Shown here piece by piece: positions 10,772 through 26,622 of a stretch of DNA of 64,000 nt. The notes under the pieces are model-generated. The model saw nothing but the letters and a program-made list of their open reading frames with translations. It was not told where the DNA came from and searched no databases. Position numbers and translations under genes: made by a program. Numbering within the stretch: position 1 is the first letter of the stretch; each line of letters starts with the position of its first letter. This DNA is from an uncultured Candidatus Rokubacteria bacterium (lineage in GTDB: Bacteria; Methylomirabilota; Methylomirabilia; Rokubacteriales; CSP1-6), in contig CAVVEU010000031.1 of the NCBI GenBank assembly GCA_963747235.1, forward strand, positions 32,001-96,000, written 5' to 3'.

Positions 10772-11512
10772 TCAGGGCTTCTCGGGCGGGGCGACCGGGA
10801 CGCCGCGCACGCCGGACTTCTCCAGGGCCTGCGCCACGAACCCGGAGGCCTTCATCTCCTCGATGAAGGCCTTCGCGTAGGCGAGGCCCGCGTCGCGGCC
10901 CTTGGGCAGGCCCATCGCCTGCTCGATCACCATGAAGCGGTCGTCGAGCACCTTCGAGCCCGGCAGCTTGGCCTGGTCCATCAGCAGCAGCTGGCGTACG
11001 CCCGCGATCACGTCGGCCTTGCCGCCCTGCACGAGGCCGACCCCGGCGCTGTTGCCCGGTGCGCGCACCAGCGTGGCCTGCTTGATGTTGCGGGTGAGGA
11101 AGTGGTCGTAGGCGCTCTTCTCGGAGACCGCGATCCGCACGCCGGCCTGATCGACATCGGGAACGCGGGTGTAGGGCGCCCCGGCCGGGATCAGATAGGT
11201 GCCCTCGATCAGCAGGTGCGGCGCGGTGAAGCCGATCTCGCCCGCGCGTCCCGCCTCGCGGGCGAGGAAGGCCACGTCCCACGCGCCGGTCGCGAGCGCG
11301 TCGGTCATCTGGCCGGCCGAGCCGTACTGGACCAGCGCGACCGGCACGCCGAGCCGGCGGCCCAGCTCGTGGGCCAGGTCCACCGCGACGCCCTTCACCT
11401 CGCCGGTGGTGGCGTTCTTCTGGGCGAGGACCAGATTGCCGTGGTTGATGCCGACGCGCATCGTGCCGGTCGGGGCGAAGTCGGAGCGGACAGCCGGAGA
11501 GATCGATGCCAT
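10772..11512 (-). CDS. Family-3 solute-binding-fold protein with no evident signal peptide
   Basis: APTGTMRVGIN, GVAVDLA, WDVAFLA, SAYD, QAMG. Confidence 0.75.
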   Translation of the reverse strand: MASISPAVRSDFAPTGTMRVGINHGNLVLAQKNATTGEVKGVAVDLAHELGRRLGVPVALVQYGSAGQMTDALATGAWDVAFLAREAGRAGEIGFTAPHLLIEGTYLIPAGAPYTRVPDVDQAGVRIAVSEKSAYDHFLTRNIKQATLVRAPGNSAGVGLVQGGKADVIAGVRQLLLMDQAKLPGSKVLDDRFMVIEQAMGLPKGRDAGLAYAKAFIEEMKASGFVAQALEKSGVRGVPVAPPEKP

Positions 11513-11564
11513 GGTGGCGCAGGCTCCTAGCGGGTAGAGGGTGGCGAGAGCTCCGTGAGGGCTC

Positions 11565-12752
11565 TCAGAGAACGCATTGTCCATTCCGGGCGATGACGCG
11601 GCCGCCGCTGATCACGAAGGCGCGGGGCGGGCGCATCGCGACCAGCTCGCCGAGCGTCTCGCCCGGGAGCACCACGAAGTCGGCGCGGTCGCCGACCGCG
11701 AGGCCGTAACGCGTGAGGCCGAGCACCGCCGCGTTGCCCCGCGTGACGACGTCGAGCGCGCCGTGCACCAGCGCGTCGGTGCGGAAGCCGTTCCGGTAGG
11801 CGATCAGCATCGCGCGCTCGAGCATGTCCGCGTTGCCGAAGGGCGTCCACGCGTCCCGCACGCCGTCCGAGCCCGCGCCCACCGTGACGCCGGCCTCGCG
11901 CAGCCGCCGCACCGGCGGCGTCGGCCGGTCGCCGGGCGCGGTGGTCATGATCGCGATGCGCTCCTCGCGGAGCAGGTCGATGAGATGACCGACCTCGGGC
12001 TCGTCCACCATGCCGAGGCAGAAGGCGTGGCTGACCGCGACCTTGCCGCCGAGCCCCAGCGCGCGGGTCCGCTCGGCGATCATGCGGATCTGCGCGGCGC
12101 CCTGCTCGCCGGGATCGTGCAGGTGGATGTCCACGCCCGCCCCGTAGCGCCCCGCGATGCCGAAGACCACGTCGAGCTGGCCCTTCGCGTCCTGATCGAT
12201 CCCGGCGGGATCCACGCCGCCGATCAGCTCGGCGCCGTCCTTCACCGCGCGCTCGAGCAGCTCCGCGGTGCCCGGGCGGGTGACCACGCCGCTCTGCGGG
12301 AACGCCACCACCTGGATCGAGACCGCGTCGCGGAGGCGGCTCCGCGCGGTCATGACGCCCTCGAAGTTGCGCAGGCCGATCTCGGTGTCCACGTCCACGT
12401 GGGTCCGGATGTGCACGGTGCCGCGGCTCACCGCCTGGCGCACCAGCCGCTCCGCCTGCACGTCGGCCGGCAGCCCCAGCTCCCGCCGCAGGCGCCGCTC
12501 GTTCTCGATCCGCTCGAGCGTGGTGGGCCCGGCCTCGTGCGGCCGCCACGGCTGCCCCCAGAAGGTCTTGTCGAGATGCATGTGGGCGTCCACGAGGCCC
12601 GGCAACAGGATGCCGTTCTCCCCGTCGATCACGGTGACACCCGGCGCGGCCTCGATGCCGGGGCCGACCCGCGCGATCGTCCCGTCGCGCGCCAGCACGT
12701 CGACGACGGGGCCGCCCATCGGTCGCACGTTGCGGAGGATCAGCTCGGCCAT
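11565..12752 (-). CDS. Metal-dependent amidohydrolase (cytosine deaminase-like)
   Basis: PGLVDAHMHLDK, RTHVD, VAFPQ, DIHLHD, SHAFCL, GSDGVRDAWTPFG. Confidence 0.88.
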   Translation of the reverse strand: MAELILRNVRPMGGPVVDVLARDGTIARVGPGIEAAPGVTVIDGENGILLPGLVDAHMHLDKTFWGQPWRPHEAGPTTLERIENERRLRRELGLPADVQAERLVRQAVSRGTVHIRTHVDVDTEIGLRNFEGVMTARSRLRDAVSIQVVAFPQSGVVTRPGTAELLERAVKDGAELIGGVDPAGIDQDAKGQLDVVFGIAGRYGAGVDIHLHDPGEQGAAQIRMIAERTRALGLGGKVAVSHAFCLGMVDEPEVGHLIDLLREERIAIMTTAPGDRPTPPVRRLREAGVTVGAGSDGVRDAWTPFGNADMLERAMLIAYRNGFRTDALVHGALDVVTRGNAAVLGLTRYGLAVGDRADFVVLPGETLGELVAMRPPRAFVISGGRVIARNGQCVL

Positions 12753-12858
12753 GACCGGGCGAGTGTACGGCCGAGCCCCGGCCGCTTCAAGCCCGGGAGG
12801 CCGGCTGCCCCCGCGCGGCAATTCTGCCCGGGTGGGAATTCTGGTAGTGTATGGCGCC

Positions 12859-13609
12859 ATGGACCTCAAGGATCGCGTCGCCCTGGTGGCGGGCGGCACC
12901 GGAACGCTCGGCATCGCCATCGCGCGGGCCCTCGCGAAGGAGGGCGCTCACGTCGCCATCACCTACCTCGAGCGCAAGGACGCCGCGAAGGAGACCTGCG
13001 CCGCGGTCGAAGCGCTCGGGCGGAAGGCGTGGAGCATCGCGCTGGACCAGACCGACGCCGCCGCGATCGCGCCCGCGATCGAGGCGGTGGTGAGGCAGTT
13101 CGGCCGGCTCGACGCGCTCGTCAACAACGCGGCGTGGAACATCAGCATCCCGTTCCCCGATCTGGAGGCGCTCGACGCCCCGACCTGGGACCGGCTCTTC
13201 TCCACCAATCTGCGCGGGCCGTACCTGCTCTGCCGGGCGGCCGCCCCGCACCTGAAGGCGAGCGGCTCGGGCCGCATCGTGAACATCGCCTCGGTGGCCG
13301 GGCTCAATCCCGGCGGCAGCAGCATCGCCTACGCGACGAGCAAGGCCGGGCTCATCCACCTCACGCGCTGCCTCGCGGTGGCGCTGGCGCCCGCAGGTCA
13401 GCGTGAACTGCGTGGCGCCGGGGCTGATGGAGGGGACGCGCATGACCTCACGGCTGCGGCCCGAGCTGGCCGACGGGGCGCGCCAGCGCGCCGTGCTCAA
13501 GCGCGCGGCCAGCGTGGAGGACGTGGCGGATCAGGTCGTCGCGTTCTGCCGGACGGACAGCGTCACCGGCCAGGTGTTGAATATCGACGGGGGCGTGTTC
13601 TTCCACTAG
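12859..13609 (+). CDS. SDR oxidoreductase (frameshift near 13395)
   Basis: GGTGTLG, NNAA, YATSK, VNCVAPG, IDGG. Confidence 0.88.
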
Positions 13610-13644
13610 CGGGGCGCTGAAACAGCCCTGCGGCGCGTCGGCGC

Positions 13645-15325
<1,681 letters not shown>

Positions 15326-15363
15326 GGCTCTGATCCTAACATCGGTTATACAATAAGGTTCTT
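15326..15363. promoter_or_regulatory. 38-bp divergent promoter region between glnS and gltX
   Basis: TGtTAGGAT 7 nt upstream of the glnS ATG (minus strand); TACAAT 9 nt upstream of the gltX ATG. Confidence 0.6.
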
Positions 15364-16786
15364 ATGCCCGAGCCGGTCCGCGTTCGCTTTCCGCCCAGCC
15401 CGACGGGCCATCTCCACGTGGGAGGCGCCCGCACCGCGCTCTTCAACTGGCTCTACGCGCGCCATTACCAGGGCGTCTACGTGCTCCGGATCGAGGACAC
15501 CGACCGCTCGCGCTCCACCGAGGAGTTCACCCAGTCGCTCCTCGAGGCGCTGCGCTGGCTCGGGCTCGACTGGGACGAGGGGCCGCCCACGCCCGGCTAC
15601 CGCCAGACCGAGCGCTTCGAGATCTACCGCGCCCACGCCGAGCGGCTGCTCGCGGAGGGGAAGGCCTACCGCTGCCGGTGCACCCCGGAGACGCTGGACG
15701 CGCTGCGGAAGACCGCGGAGGCGCGCAAGGAGACGTTCCGCTACCCGGGCACCTGCCGCGCGGCCAATGTGCCCGCCTCCGAGCCCCACGCCCTGCGCCT
15801 GGCGATCCCGCGCGAGGGCGAGACGGTGGTGGACGACGTGAACCGCGGCCGGGTGGTCTTCAGCCACGCCGAGCTCGACGACTGGATCCTCGTGCGGACC
15901 GACGGCACGCCGACCTACAACTTCTGCGTGGTCGTGGACGACGTGACCATGAAGATCACCCACGTCATCCGCGGCAGCGATCATCTCTCGAACACGCCGA
16001 AGCAGGTGCTCTGCTACCAGGCGCTCGGCTACCCGCTGCCGGTCTTCGCCCACATCCCGATGATCCTGGCCGCGGACAAGACACGGCTCTCCAAGCGGCA
16101 CGGCGCCACCTCGGTGCTCGCCTTCCGCGACATGGGGATCCTGCCCGAGGCCATGCTGAACTACCTGGCGCGCCTCGGCTGGTCCCACGGCGATCAGGAG
16201 ATCTTTTCCCGGGACGAGCTGGTCCAGCACTTCGACCTGGCCCACGTGGGCGCGGCCGACGCGGTCTTCGATCTGGAGAAGTTCAAGTGGGTCAACCACC
16301 AGTGGATCAAGCGGCTGCCCGCCGCGCGTCTGGCCGCGGAGCTGACGCCCTTCCTCGAGCGGGCCGGCCTGCCCGCCCCGCGCGACCTCGCCTGGCTCGC
16401 GCGCGTGGTGGACACGCTGAAGGAGCGGGCGCGCACCCTCGTCGAGATGGCCGAGCAGGCCGCGTTCTACCTGCGCCCACCCGACGCCTACGATCCGCAG
16501 TCCACCGCGAAGTTCTGGAAGGAGCAGGCCGCCGAGCGCTACGCGATCCTGATCAAGCGCCTCGAGGCCCAGGACGCGATGGACCCGCAGGCGCTGGAGG
16601 AGCTCTACCGCTTCCTCGCCGCCGACCTCGAGCTCAAGCTCGTGGACCTGGCGCAGCTCACGCGCATCGCGCTTGACCGGCAAGACCGCGAGCCCGTCGA
16701 TCTTCGAGGTGGTGAGCATCCTCGGCAAGCCGGAGACGCTCGCCCGCCTCAAGGCCGCCGCGGCCGCGGTGGAGGCCCGCCGGTGA
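15364..16786 (+). CDS. gltX: Glutamyl-tRNA synthetase (frameshift near 16675)
   Basis: RFPPSPTGHLHVGG, LRIEDTD, PTYNF, HVIRGSDH, RLSKR. Confidence 0.95.
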
Positions 16787-17416
16787 GACGGCTCCTGCTC
16801 GCGCGCCACGGGCAATCCGTCTCCAACGCGGTGAGGCGGTTCCAGGGCGCGCAGGACGTGGCGCTCTCGCCGCTCGGCATGCGCCAGGCGGAGGCGCTGG
16901 GCCTGGCGGTGGGCCGCCGGCCGATCGCCCACGTCTACGCGAGCCCGCTCGAGCGCGCCCGGCACACCGCCGAGATCGCCCTGGCCGGCCTCGACCTCCC
17001 GCTGACGACGGTGGACGACCTGCGCGAGCTGTCGCTGGGCGAGTGGGAGGGCTGCACGGTCGAGGAGATCCGCACCCGGCCCGGCGATCCCTATGCCCGC
17101 TGGGTGCGCGATCCGGTGCAGTGCCTGCCGCCGGGCGGCGAGCCGCTGGCCGACGTGCAGGCGCGCGTGGTCCAGGCGGTGGAGCGGATCGCCGCCGCGC
17201 ATCCTGAACGGCGACGACGTGTTGATCGTCTCGCACGGCGGCGTGATCAGCGCGCTGCTCGCCCACTGGCTCGGCCTGCCGCTGTCCTCGATCTGGCGGA
17301 TCGCGGTCGCCAACTGCTCGCTCTCCGAGATCGCCCCGCCGCGGGTGGTGTCGGTGAACGAGACCGGCCACCTGCGCGACATCGACGTCGCGGTCACCGC
17401 CCCGCTGAGCCCGTGA
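16783..17416 (+). CDS. Histidine phosphatase family protein (frameshift near 17205)
   Basis: LARHG, SPLERA, LRE..GEWEG, VSHGG. Confidence 0.85.
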
Positions 17417-17417
17417 C

Positions 17418-20869
<3,452 letters not shown>

Positions 20870-20880
20870 GCTTTCTCTCA

Positions 20881-20915
20881 CCCTCTCCCCTTTGGGGAGA
20901 GGGCAGGGTGAGGGG
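20881..20915. repeat. REP-like palindromic element, family B, copy 1
   Basis: CCCTCTCCCC-ttt-GGGGAGAGGG hairpin followed by CAGGGTGAGGGG; same as 41261-41295 except in the loop. Confidence 0.85.
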
Positions 20916-20995
20916 CCGGAAGGTGAGGGGCTCTGGGTTTCTGTGCCGTCGACCGTTTCGACGCGGGCTACCGTTTACTTCTTCAAGCTCTCCAT

Positions 20996-21140
20996 ATGCG
21001 GGGGCCCAGACATGGCCCCCGCACTCCCCCAGTCGGCGGACAACCGTTCCGAACCCGGCTTGGCTCCGCACTCCCCCAGTCGGCGGACAACCGTTCCGAA
21101 CCCGGCTTGGCTTCCGCACTCCCCCAGCTAGCGGGCAACC
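20996..21140. repeat. REP-like family A copy 2 followed by about 2.5 tandem 47-bp units
   Basis: Unit CCGCACTCCCCCAGTCGGCGGACAACCGTTCCGAACCCGGCTTGGCT at 21019 and 21066, degenerate at 21114. Confidence 0.88.
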
Positions 21141-21141
21141 G

Positions 21142-24100
21142 GTGAAGGACTTGCTGGCGGCCGCGCCCGATGATCGGGCGCGCTGCGGCGAGCTCAAGCG
21201 GCCTGGGCTTCGCGGATCCCGCCGCGGCGCTCCGCAATCTGCACGCGCTGACGCCCACGCCGCGCGAGGCCGAGCTGCTCGCGCCCGCGCTGCCCCGCCT
21301 GCTCGCCGAGCTGGCCGCGGCCCCCGATCCGGACATGGCGCTCAACAATCTCGAGCGCCTGGCCTCCCAGGGCGAGCTCGCCGCGTTCCTCCGCCTGCTG
21401 GGCGCGCATCCGGGCGCCATCCCGCTGCTCGCGCGCCTGGGCGGCACCAGCCAGTTCCTGGCCGACACCCTTCGCCGCTATCCCACGCTGCTGCCCTGGC
21501 TGCTCGAGCCGCGGACGATGCGGCAGTGGCTCGCCGATGAGCTCACGGAGGATCTCGCCGCGAGCCTCAAGGCCGTCGAGCGGCCCGAGGCGCGGCTCAA
21601 CGCGCTCCGCCGCTTCAAGTACCGCCAGCTCCTGCGCATCGGCTGCCGCGACATCCTGGGCGACGCCGATCTCACCGTGACCACCGAGGAGCTGTCCCAC
21701 ATGGCCGACGTGTGCCTGGCCGCGGCCTGGGACTGGGCCCGGGAGCGGCTCGAGCGGCTCTACGGGGCGCCGATCGGCGCCGACGGCGCGCCCACCGGCC
21801 TCGCGGTCATCGGCATGGGCAAGCTCGGCGGCGAGGAGCTCAACTACTCCTCGGACATCGATCCGATCTTCGTCTACGGCGAGGACGGGGAGACCGCGGG
21901 CGGCGAGTCGGGCCGCATCGCCAACGGCGAGTTCTTCACCCAGGCGGTCCGGTCCATCGTGGACACGCTCGAGTCGGTCACCGAGGAGGGCCACGTCTTC
22001 CGCGTGGACCTGCGCCTGCGCCCCGAGGGACGCTCGGGCGCGCTCATCCAGTCGGTGGCCGGGTATCGCCACTACTTCGCGGACCGCGCCGAGCTCTGGG
22101 AGCGCCAGGCCCTCATCAAGGCGCGCGCCTGCGCGGGGGACGAGGCGGTGGCCGCGCGCTTCTTCGAGGCGGTGCGCCCGTTCGTCTACCGGCCCGGGCT
22201 CGACCCGGCCATCGTGCGCGCGGTGCGCGAGATGAAGGCCCAGATCGACCGCTCGCTCCGGGGCAAGGACGCCTCGCACCGCAACGTCAAGCTCGGTCGC
22301 GGCGGCATCCGCGAGGTGGAGTTCCTCGTCCAGGCGATGCAGCTCCTCTACGGCGGCGACGACCCGTGGCTGCGCGAGCGGAACAGCCTGCGCGCGATCT
22401 TCCGGCTCACCGAGCGGGGCTACCTGTCGCACGCCCTCGGGCGCGAGCTGGGCGACGCGCTCGTCTATCTGCGCACCGTCGAGCACCGCCTGCAGCTCCT
22501 CCACGAGTTCCAGACCCACACGCTCCCGGAGGAGCCGCGCGCGCTCGGGCTCCTGGCCCGCCGCATGGGCGTGGCGCAGCCGCCCGCCGCGGCGGCGCGG
22601 CGCTTCATGATCGAGCACCGGCGCGTGACCGCGCTGGTGCACCGGGCCTTCCGCGAGTTCTTCGCCGCGCCGCCCGCCGCCGCGGCGCGCCCGCTGCGCA
22701 TCCCGAGCTACACCGCGCTCAAGGCGACCGGCTTCACCGACCCGGACCGCGCGCGCCAGAATCTCCGGCTGGTCCTCGAAGGCCGCCCGCTGATCCCGTA
22801 CCCGGCCGCGGCCGGCCGCGCGGTGGCCCGCCTCTTCCCGGTGCTGCTCGACGCGCTCTGGCAGAGCCCGGACCCCGACGAGGCGCTGGGCCAGTTCGAG
22901 CGCTTCGTCTCTGCGGCGGGACCGAGGACGGCCTACCTCGAGCTCCTGGCCGACCGGCCGGATCTGCTCGCGAACCTGGTCCGGCTCTGCGCGCGGGGCG
23001 AGCTGCTGACCGAGCTCCTGATCGCCCAGCCGGAGCTGCTCAACGGGCTGGCGAGCTCGGAGACGTTCGCGGCGCGCAAGCGCGCGCCCGACTTCCGGCG
23101 CGAGCTGGCACCTGTGCTCGCGCCGCGCCTGGCGATCGCCGAGCGCGCGGACATCCTGCGGCGGCTCAAGCAGGCGCAGGAGCTCGGGATCATCTGGCGC
23201 ATGCTGCTCGGGGTGACGGACGCGGAGCGCTTCTCGCTCGAGATGACCGCGCTCGCCGAGGCCACCCTCGCGGTCGCGTGGATGCTGGCCCTCGAGCAGA
23301 CGGTGGCCCAGCACGGCGGCGTCCCGCGCGACGCGAAGGGCCGGCTCGTGCCCGCCGCGATCATCGGCCTCGGCAAGTTCGGCGGCCGCGAGCTCACCAC
23401 CGGCTCGGATCTCGACCTCTTCGTGGTGTACGGCGGCGCCGGGTTCACCGACGGAGATCCGCCGGTCGAGGCGCACGTGTTCTACGACCACGCGGTGGAG
23501 GCGCTGAGCGGCCTCCTGAGCGACATCACCGCGGCCGGCGTGGCCTTCGCGGTGGACCTACGCCTGCGCCCCGGCTCCAAGGGCAGCGGCTTTGCCTCGA
23601 GCGACGACGCGCTCGAGCGCTACTACCGCGAGTGGGCGGACCCGTGGGAGCGCCAGACCCTCACCCGCGCCCGGCTGGTGGGCGGCGATCCGCGCCTCGG
23701 CCGCGCGGTGCGCCGGCGCATCCGCGGGCTGCTCTACGGGCCCGAGGCGCCGCCGCCCGACCTCAAGGAGATGCGCGCCCTGCGCGAGCGCATGGAGCGC
23801 GAGCTGGGCAAGGAGACGCCCGGCCGGTTCCACGTGAAGTTCGGGCGCGGCGGGCTCGTGGACGTGGAGTTCATCACCCAGGCCATGCAGATGCGCCACG
23901 GGGCCCGGCATCCGGGGTTGCGTCGGGCCAACACGCTCCACGCCATCCGCGAGATCGCGGCGGCCGGGCTGCTCCCGGCGGAAGACTGCGCCACGCTCGC
24001 CGAGCAGTACCGCGTCCTGCGCCGCGTGTCGCTCGGGCTCCGGCTCTTCGGCACGCGGCCGTCGGACACCCTGGAGCTGGCGGGCCCGAACCCGGCCCGG

Positions 24101-24205
24101 CTCGCCAAGACCCTGGAGTATCCGTCGCGGAAGGAGTTCCTGGAGGACTACCGCCGCCGCACCGCGTGGGTGCGCGCGCTCTACGACCGCGTCGTGCCGA
24201 AGTGA
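21142..24205 (+). CDS. glnE: Glutamine synthetase adenylyltransferase/deadenylyltransferase (probable frameshift near 21190)
   Basis: Two NTase domains: GMGKLGGEELNYSSDID/VDLRLRPEG and GLGKFGGREL..GSDLD/VDLRLRP; KLGRGGIREVEF. Confidence 0.93.
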
Positions 24206-24249
24206 GCCGGCCGCGTCAGGCGCCCGGCTCGCGGGTGATGCGCGCGCCG
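24144..24249 (+). repeat. Left copy of ~106-bp imperfect direct repeat (glnE 3' end plus murA 3' end)
   Basis: Matches 29836-29942 with about 4 substitutions and 1 indel. Confidence 0.9.
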
Positions 24250-24590
24250 CGAGCGCCTGCGGCGCGACGTCGCGTCGCGCCCGGGGGCGCGAGCGAGTGG
24301 TCGCACACGGACCGATGGCGCCCGAGCCCACGGCCTCGACGGCGCCGCTGGCCGCAGGGCCGGCCGGCACCGACCGGTTCACTTACCGGCGGCGGTGTGC
24401 CGACCATAGCATGCCGCTCAGCGGGCGTGGTCGGCGCGCGAGGAGGCCGCTAATGTGCGCTGTGGTATCACACGCCAGGACGACGGCTGCCGGAGGGCGG
24501 GCATGTTGCCTATCCTCGGTTCTGATCTCGCCCGACGGGATCACGTGGAGCCGGAGGACCCCACCAACTGACGGGTTCGAACCAGAAGCC

Positions 24591-25844
24591 TCACGCCCTG
24601 GACTCTCCGAGCGTGAAACAGAATGTCGCCCCCTTTCCCTTTTCGGCCTCGGCCCAGATGCGGCCGCCGTGACGATTCACGATGCGCTGCACGATGGCCA
24701 GGCCGACGCCCGTGCCTTCGAACTCGTCCTGGCGATGCAGCCGCTGGAATACGCCAAACAGTTTCTCGGCGTGCTTCATGTCGAAACCGACGCCGTTGTC
24801 CTTCACATAGATCGCTTGCTCGCCGTTCTCCAAGCGGCAGCCGATCTCGATTTCCGGGCGCGGCTGCTTGCGCGTGTACTTGAGTGCGTTGCCGAGCAGG
24901 TTGACGAACACCTGCTCGAGCAGCGCCGAGTCGGCGCGGCACTCCGGAAGCTCCCCGACAACGACCTCGGCCTTGCGGTTGGCGATATCGTCGCGAAACG
25001 TCTTCAGGCATTGGTTCACGAAGCTTTTCAGGTCGATCGTCCGTTTGGCGAGCGGTTGGCGCGCCGTCCTCGCGAAGTTGAGCAAATCGTCGATAAGCCG
25101 GGTCATCTGCTGCGCGCCCTCGCGCACTAGGCCGAGATGGCGCCGGCCCTCGGCAGGCAGCGAATCGGCATGGTCGCACAATACGATGCTGGAGAAACCG
25201 GCGATCGCACGCAGCGGCGCGCGCAGATCGTGCGACACGGAATAGGAGAAAGCTTCGAGTTCCTTGTTTGCGCTCTCCAGCTCCGCCGTGCGCTGCTGGA
25301 CACGGGACTCCAGGCACCGGTTCAGTTCGACAATGTCCCCGTGTGCCGCCCGAAGCGCATCGAGCGCCTTCTGCAGCTCGGCGTTCTTTTCCTCCAGCTT
25401 GCGCACCAGCGCCTCGTTGTATTGCCCGAGGACATACGTCTCGTCCCGTCCGGCGGCCGGATGCGGCGAGGTGTCGCGCGTTTTCTGCGCGGCTTCGCGC
25501 AGCGCTTCGAGGATCACCGGCATGGGAGCCGGCTTGATGATGTATTGATCGGCTCCTACGGATTGCGCCAGCTCGCGGTCCTCCGACGAATTGTAGGTGC
25601 TGGTGTAGAAGACGAACGGGAGCGAGCGGAGCTTGCCGAGCTTGCGGATTTCCAGGCATAGCCGGAAGCCGTCCATGTTCGGCATCAGAATGTCCGAAAT
25701 GACCGCATCCACAGATTCACGCTCGAGCAACCGCAGCGCCTCGACGCCGTCAGAGGCGTCGAGCACGGTATGCCCCTCGGCCTCGAGCTGCACGCGGAGC
25801 AGCTTCAGGTTGGTCTGGTTATCGTCGACGATGAGGAGATTCAC
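24591..25844 (-). CDS. Hybrid REC-HisKA-HATPase histidine kinase
   Basis: LIVDD, SDILMP, ELEAFSYSVSHDLRAPLR, NLLGNALKY, DNGVGF, GTGVGLA. Confidence 0.9.
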   Translation of the reverse strand: MNLLIVDDNQTNLKLLRVQLEAEGHTVLDASDGVEALRLLERESVDAVISDILMPNMDGFRLCLEIRKLGKLRSLPFVFYTSTYNSSEDRELAQSVGADQYIIKPAPMPVILEALREAAQKTRDTSPHPAAGRDETYVLGQYNEALVRKLEEKNAELQKALDALRAAHGDIVELNRCLESRVQQRTAELESANKELEAFSYSVSHDLRAPLRAIAGFSSIVLCDHADSLPAEGRRHLGLVREGAQQMTRLIDDLLNFARTARQPLAKRTIDLKSFVNQCLKTFRDDIANRKAEVVVGELPECRADSALLEQVFVNLLGNALKYTRKQPRPEIEIGCRLENGEQAIYVKDNGVGFDMKHAEKLFGVFQRLHRQDEFEGTGVGLAIVQRIVNRHGGRIWAEAEKGKGATFCFTLGESRA

Positions 25845-25857
25845 TGCGTCCGGGGGT

Positions 25858-26229
25858 CTAGTTGATCTTGTTCTGCGTTGTCTCCTCCAGCTGTTTCGAC
25901 AAGCTTCGGGTATCGATGGGCTTGGTGATGCACGCATCGCAGCCGGCTGCCGCAATGTCCTCGCGGCGGTAGCGGTCGGTGTAGGCCGTGACCGCAACGA
26001 TCGGGATCAGGCTGGTGGCAGGGTGTGCCTTGAGCTGGCGGACGAGCGTCAATCCATCCATGCCCGGCAGTTGCAAATCCAGCAGGATGACGTCGGGCTT
26101 ATCCGTCGCGATGGCGTCCACGGCCTCCTCGGCCGACGTTCTCTCGCGCACGATGTGTCCGCTCATCTTCAGCACTTCGCCCATCAGTTTCAAGTCGGTC
26201 GGATTGTCTTCGATGACCAGGACTTTCAC
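25858..26229 (-). CDS. Single-domain response regulator (DivK-like)
   Basis: VIEDN, LLDLQLPGMDG, VTAY, TKPID. Confidence 0.88.
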   Translation of the reverse strand: MKVLVIEDNPTDLKLMGEVLKMSGHIVRERTSAEEAVDAIATDKPDVILLDLQLPGMDGLTLVRQLKAHPATSLIPIVAVTAYTDRYRREDIAAAGCDACITKPIDTRSLSKQLEETTQNKIN

Positions 26230-26241
26230 GTCGGTCTCTCC

Positions 26242-26622
26242 CTATGTGCCCTTGTTGTCCCGCAACGACTGCGCCACCCGGTGCGGCAAGGTGCGCGTAT
26301 CGATCGGTTTGGTGATGTAGCCGTCGCAGCCCGCGTCGTACGCCTTCTGTTCGTCGCCGGTCATCGCAAAGGCCGTCAGGGCGATCACCGGGATGTGCTT
26401 TAGCCGTGTGTCGGCCTTCAGCTTGCGCGTGAGGGTCAGGCCGTCCATTCCCGGCAGGGCGATATCCATGAGAATCAGGTCGGGCTTGGTGTGCTCGAGG
26501 AGTTCCTGCGCCGATTCGGCATCCGCCGCCCTTACGACGGCGTAGCCCTCGGCCTCCAGGACGTCGGAAGCCAGTTTCAGGTTGACCGGATTGTCGTCGA
26601 CGATGAGGATGCGGGCGGTCAT
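26242..26622 (-). CDS. Single-domain response regulator (DivK-like)
   Basis: IVDDN, LMDIALPGMDG, LTAFAM.GD, GCDGYITKPID. Confidence 0.9.
   Translation of the reverse strand: MTARILIVDDNPVNLKLASDVLEAEGYAVVRAADAESAQELLEHTKPDLILMDIALPGMDGLTLTRKLKADTRLKHIPVIALTAFAMTGDEQKAYDAGCDGYITKPIDTRTLPHRVAQSLRDNKGT

Noticed and set aside
21019-21140. CRISPR mini-array
   Set aside because: The intervening sequences are identical rather than unique spacers, and there are no cas genes
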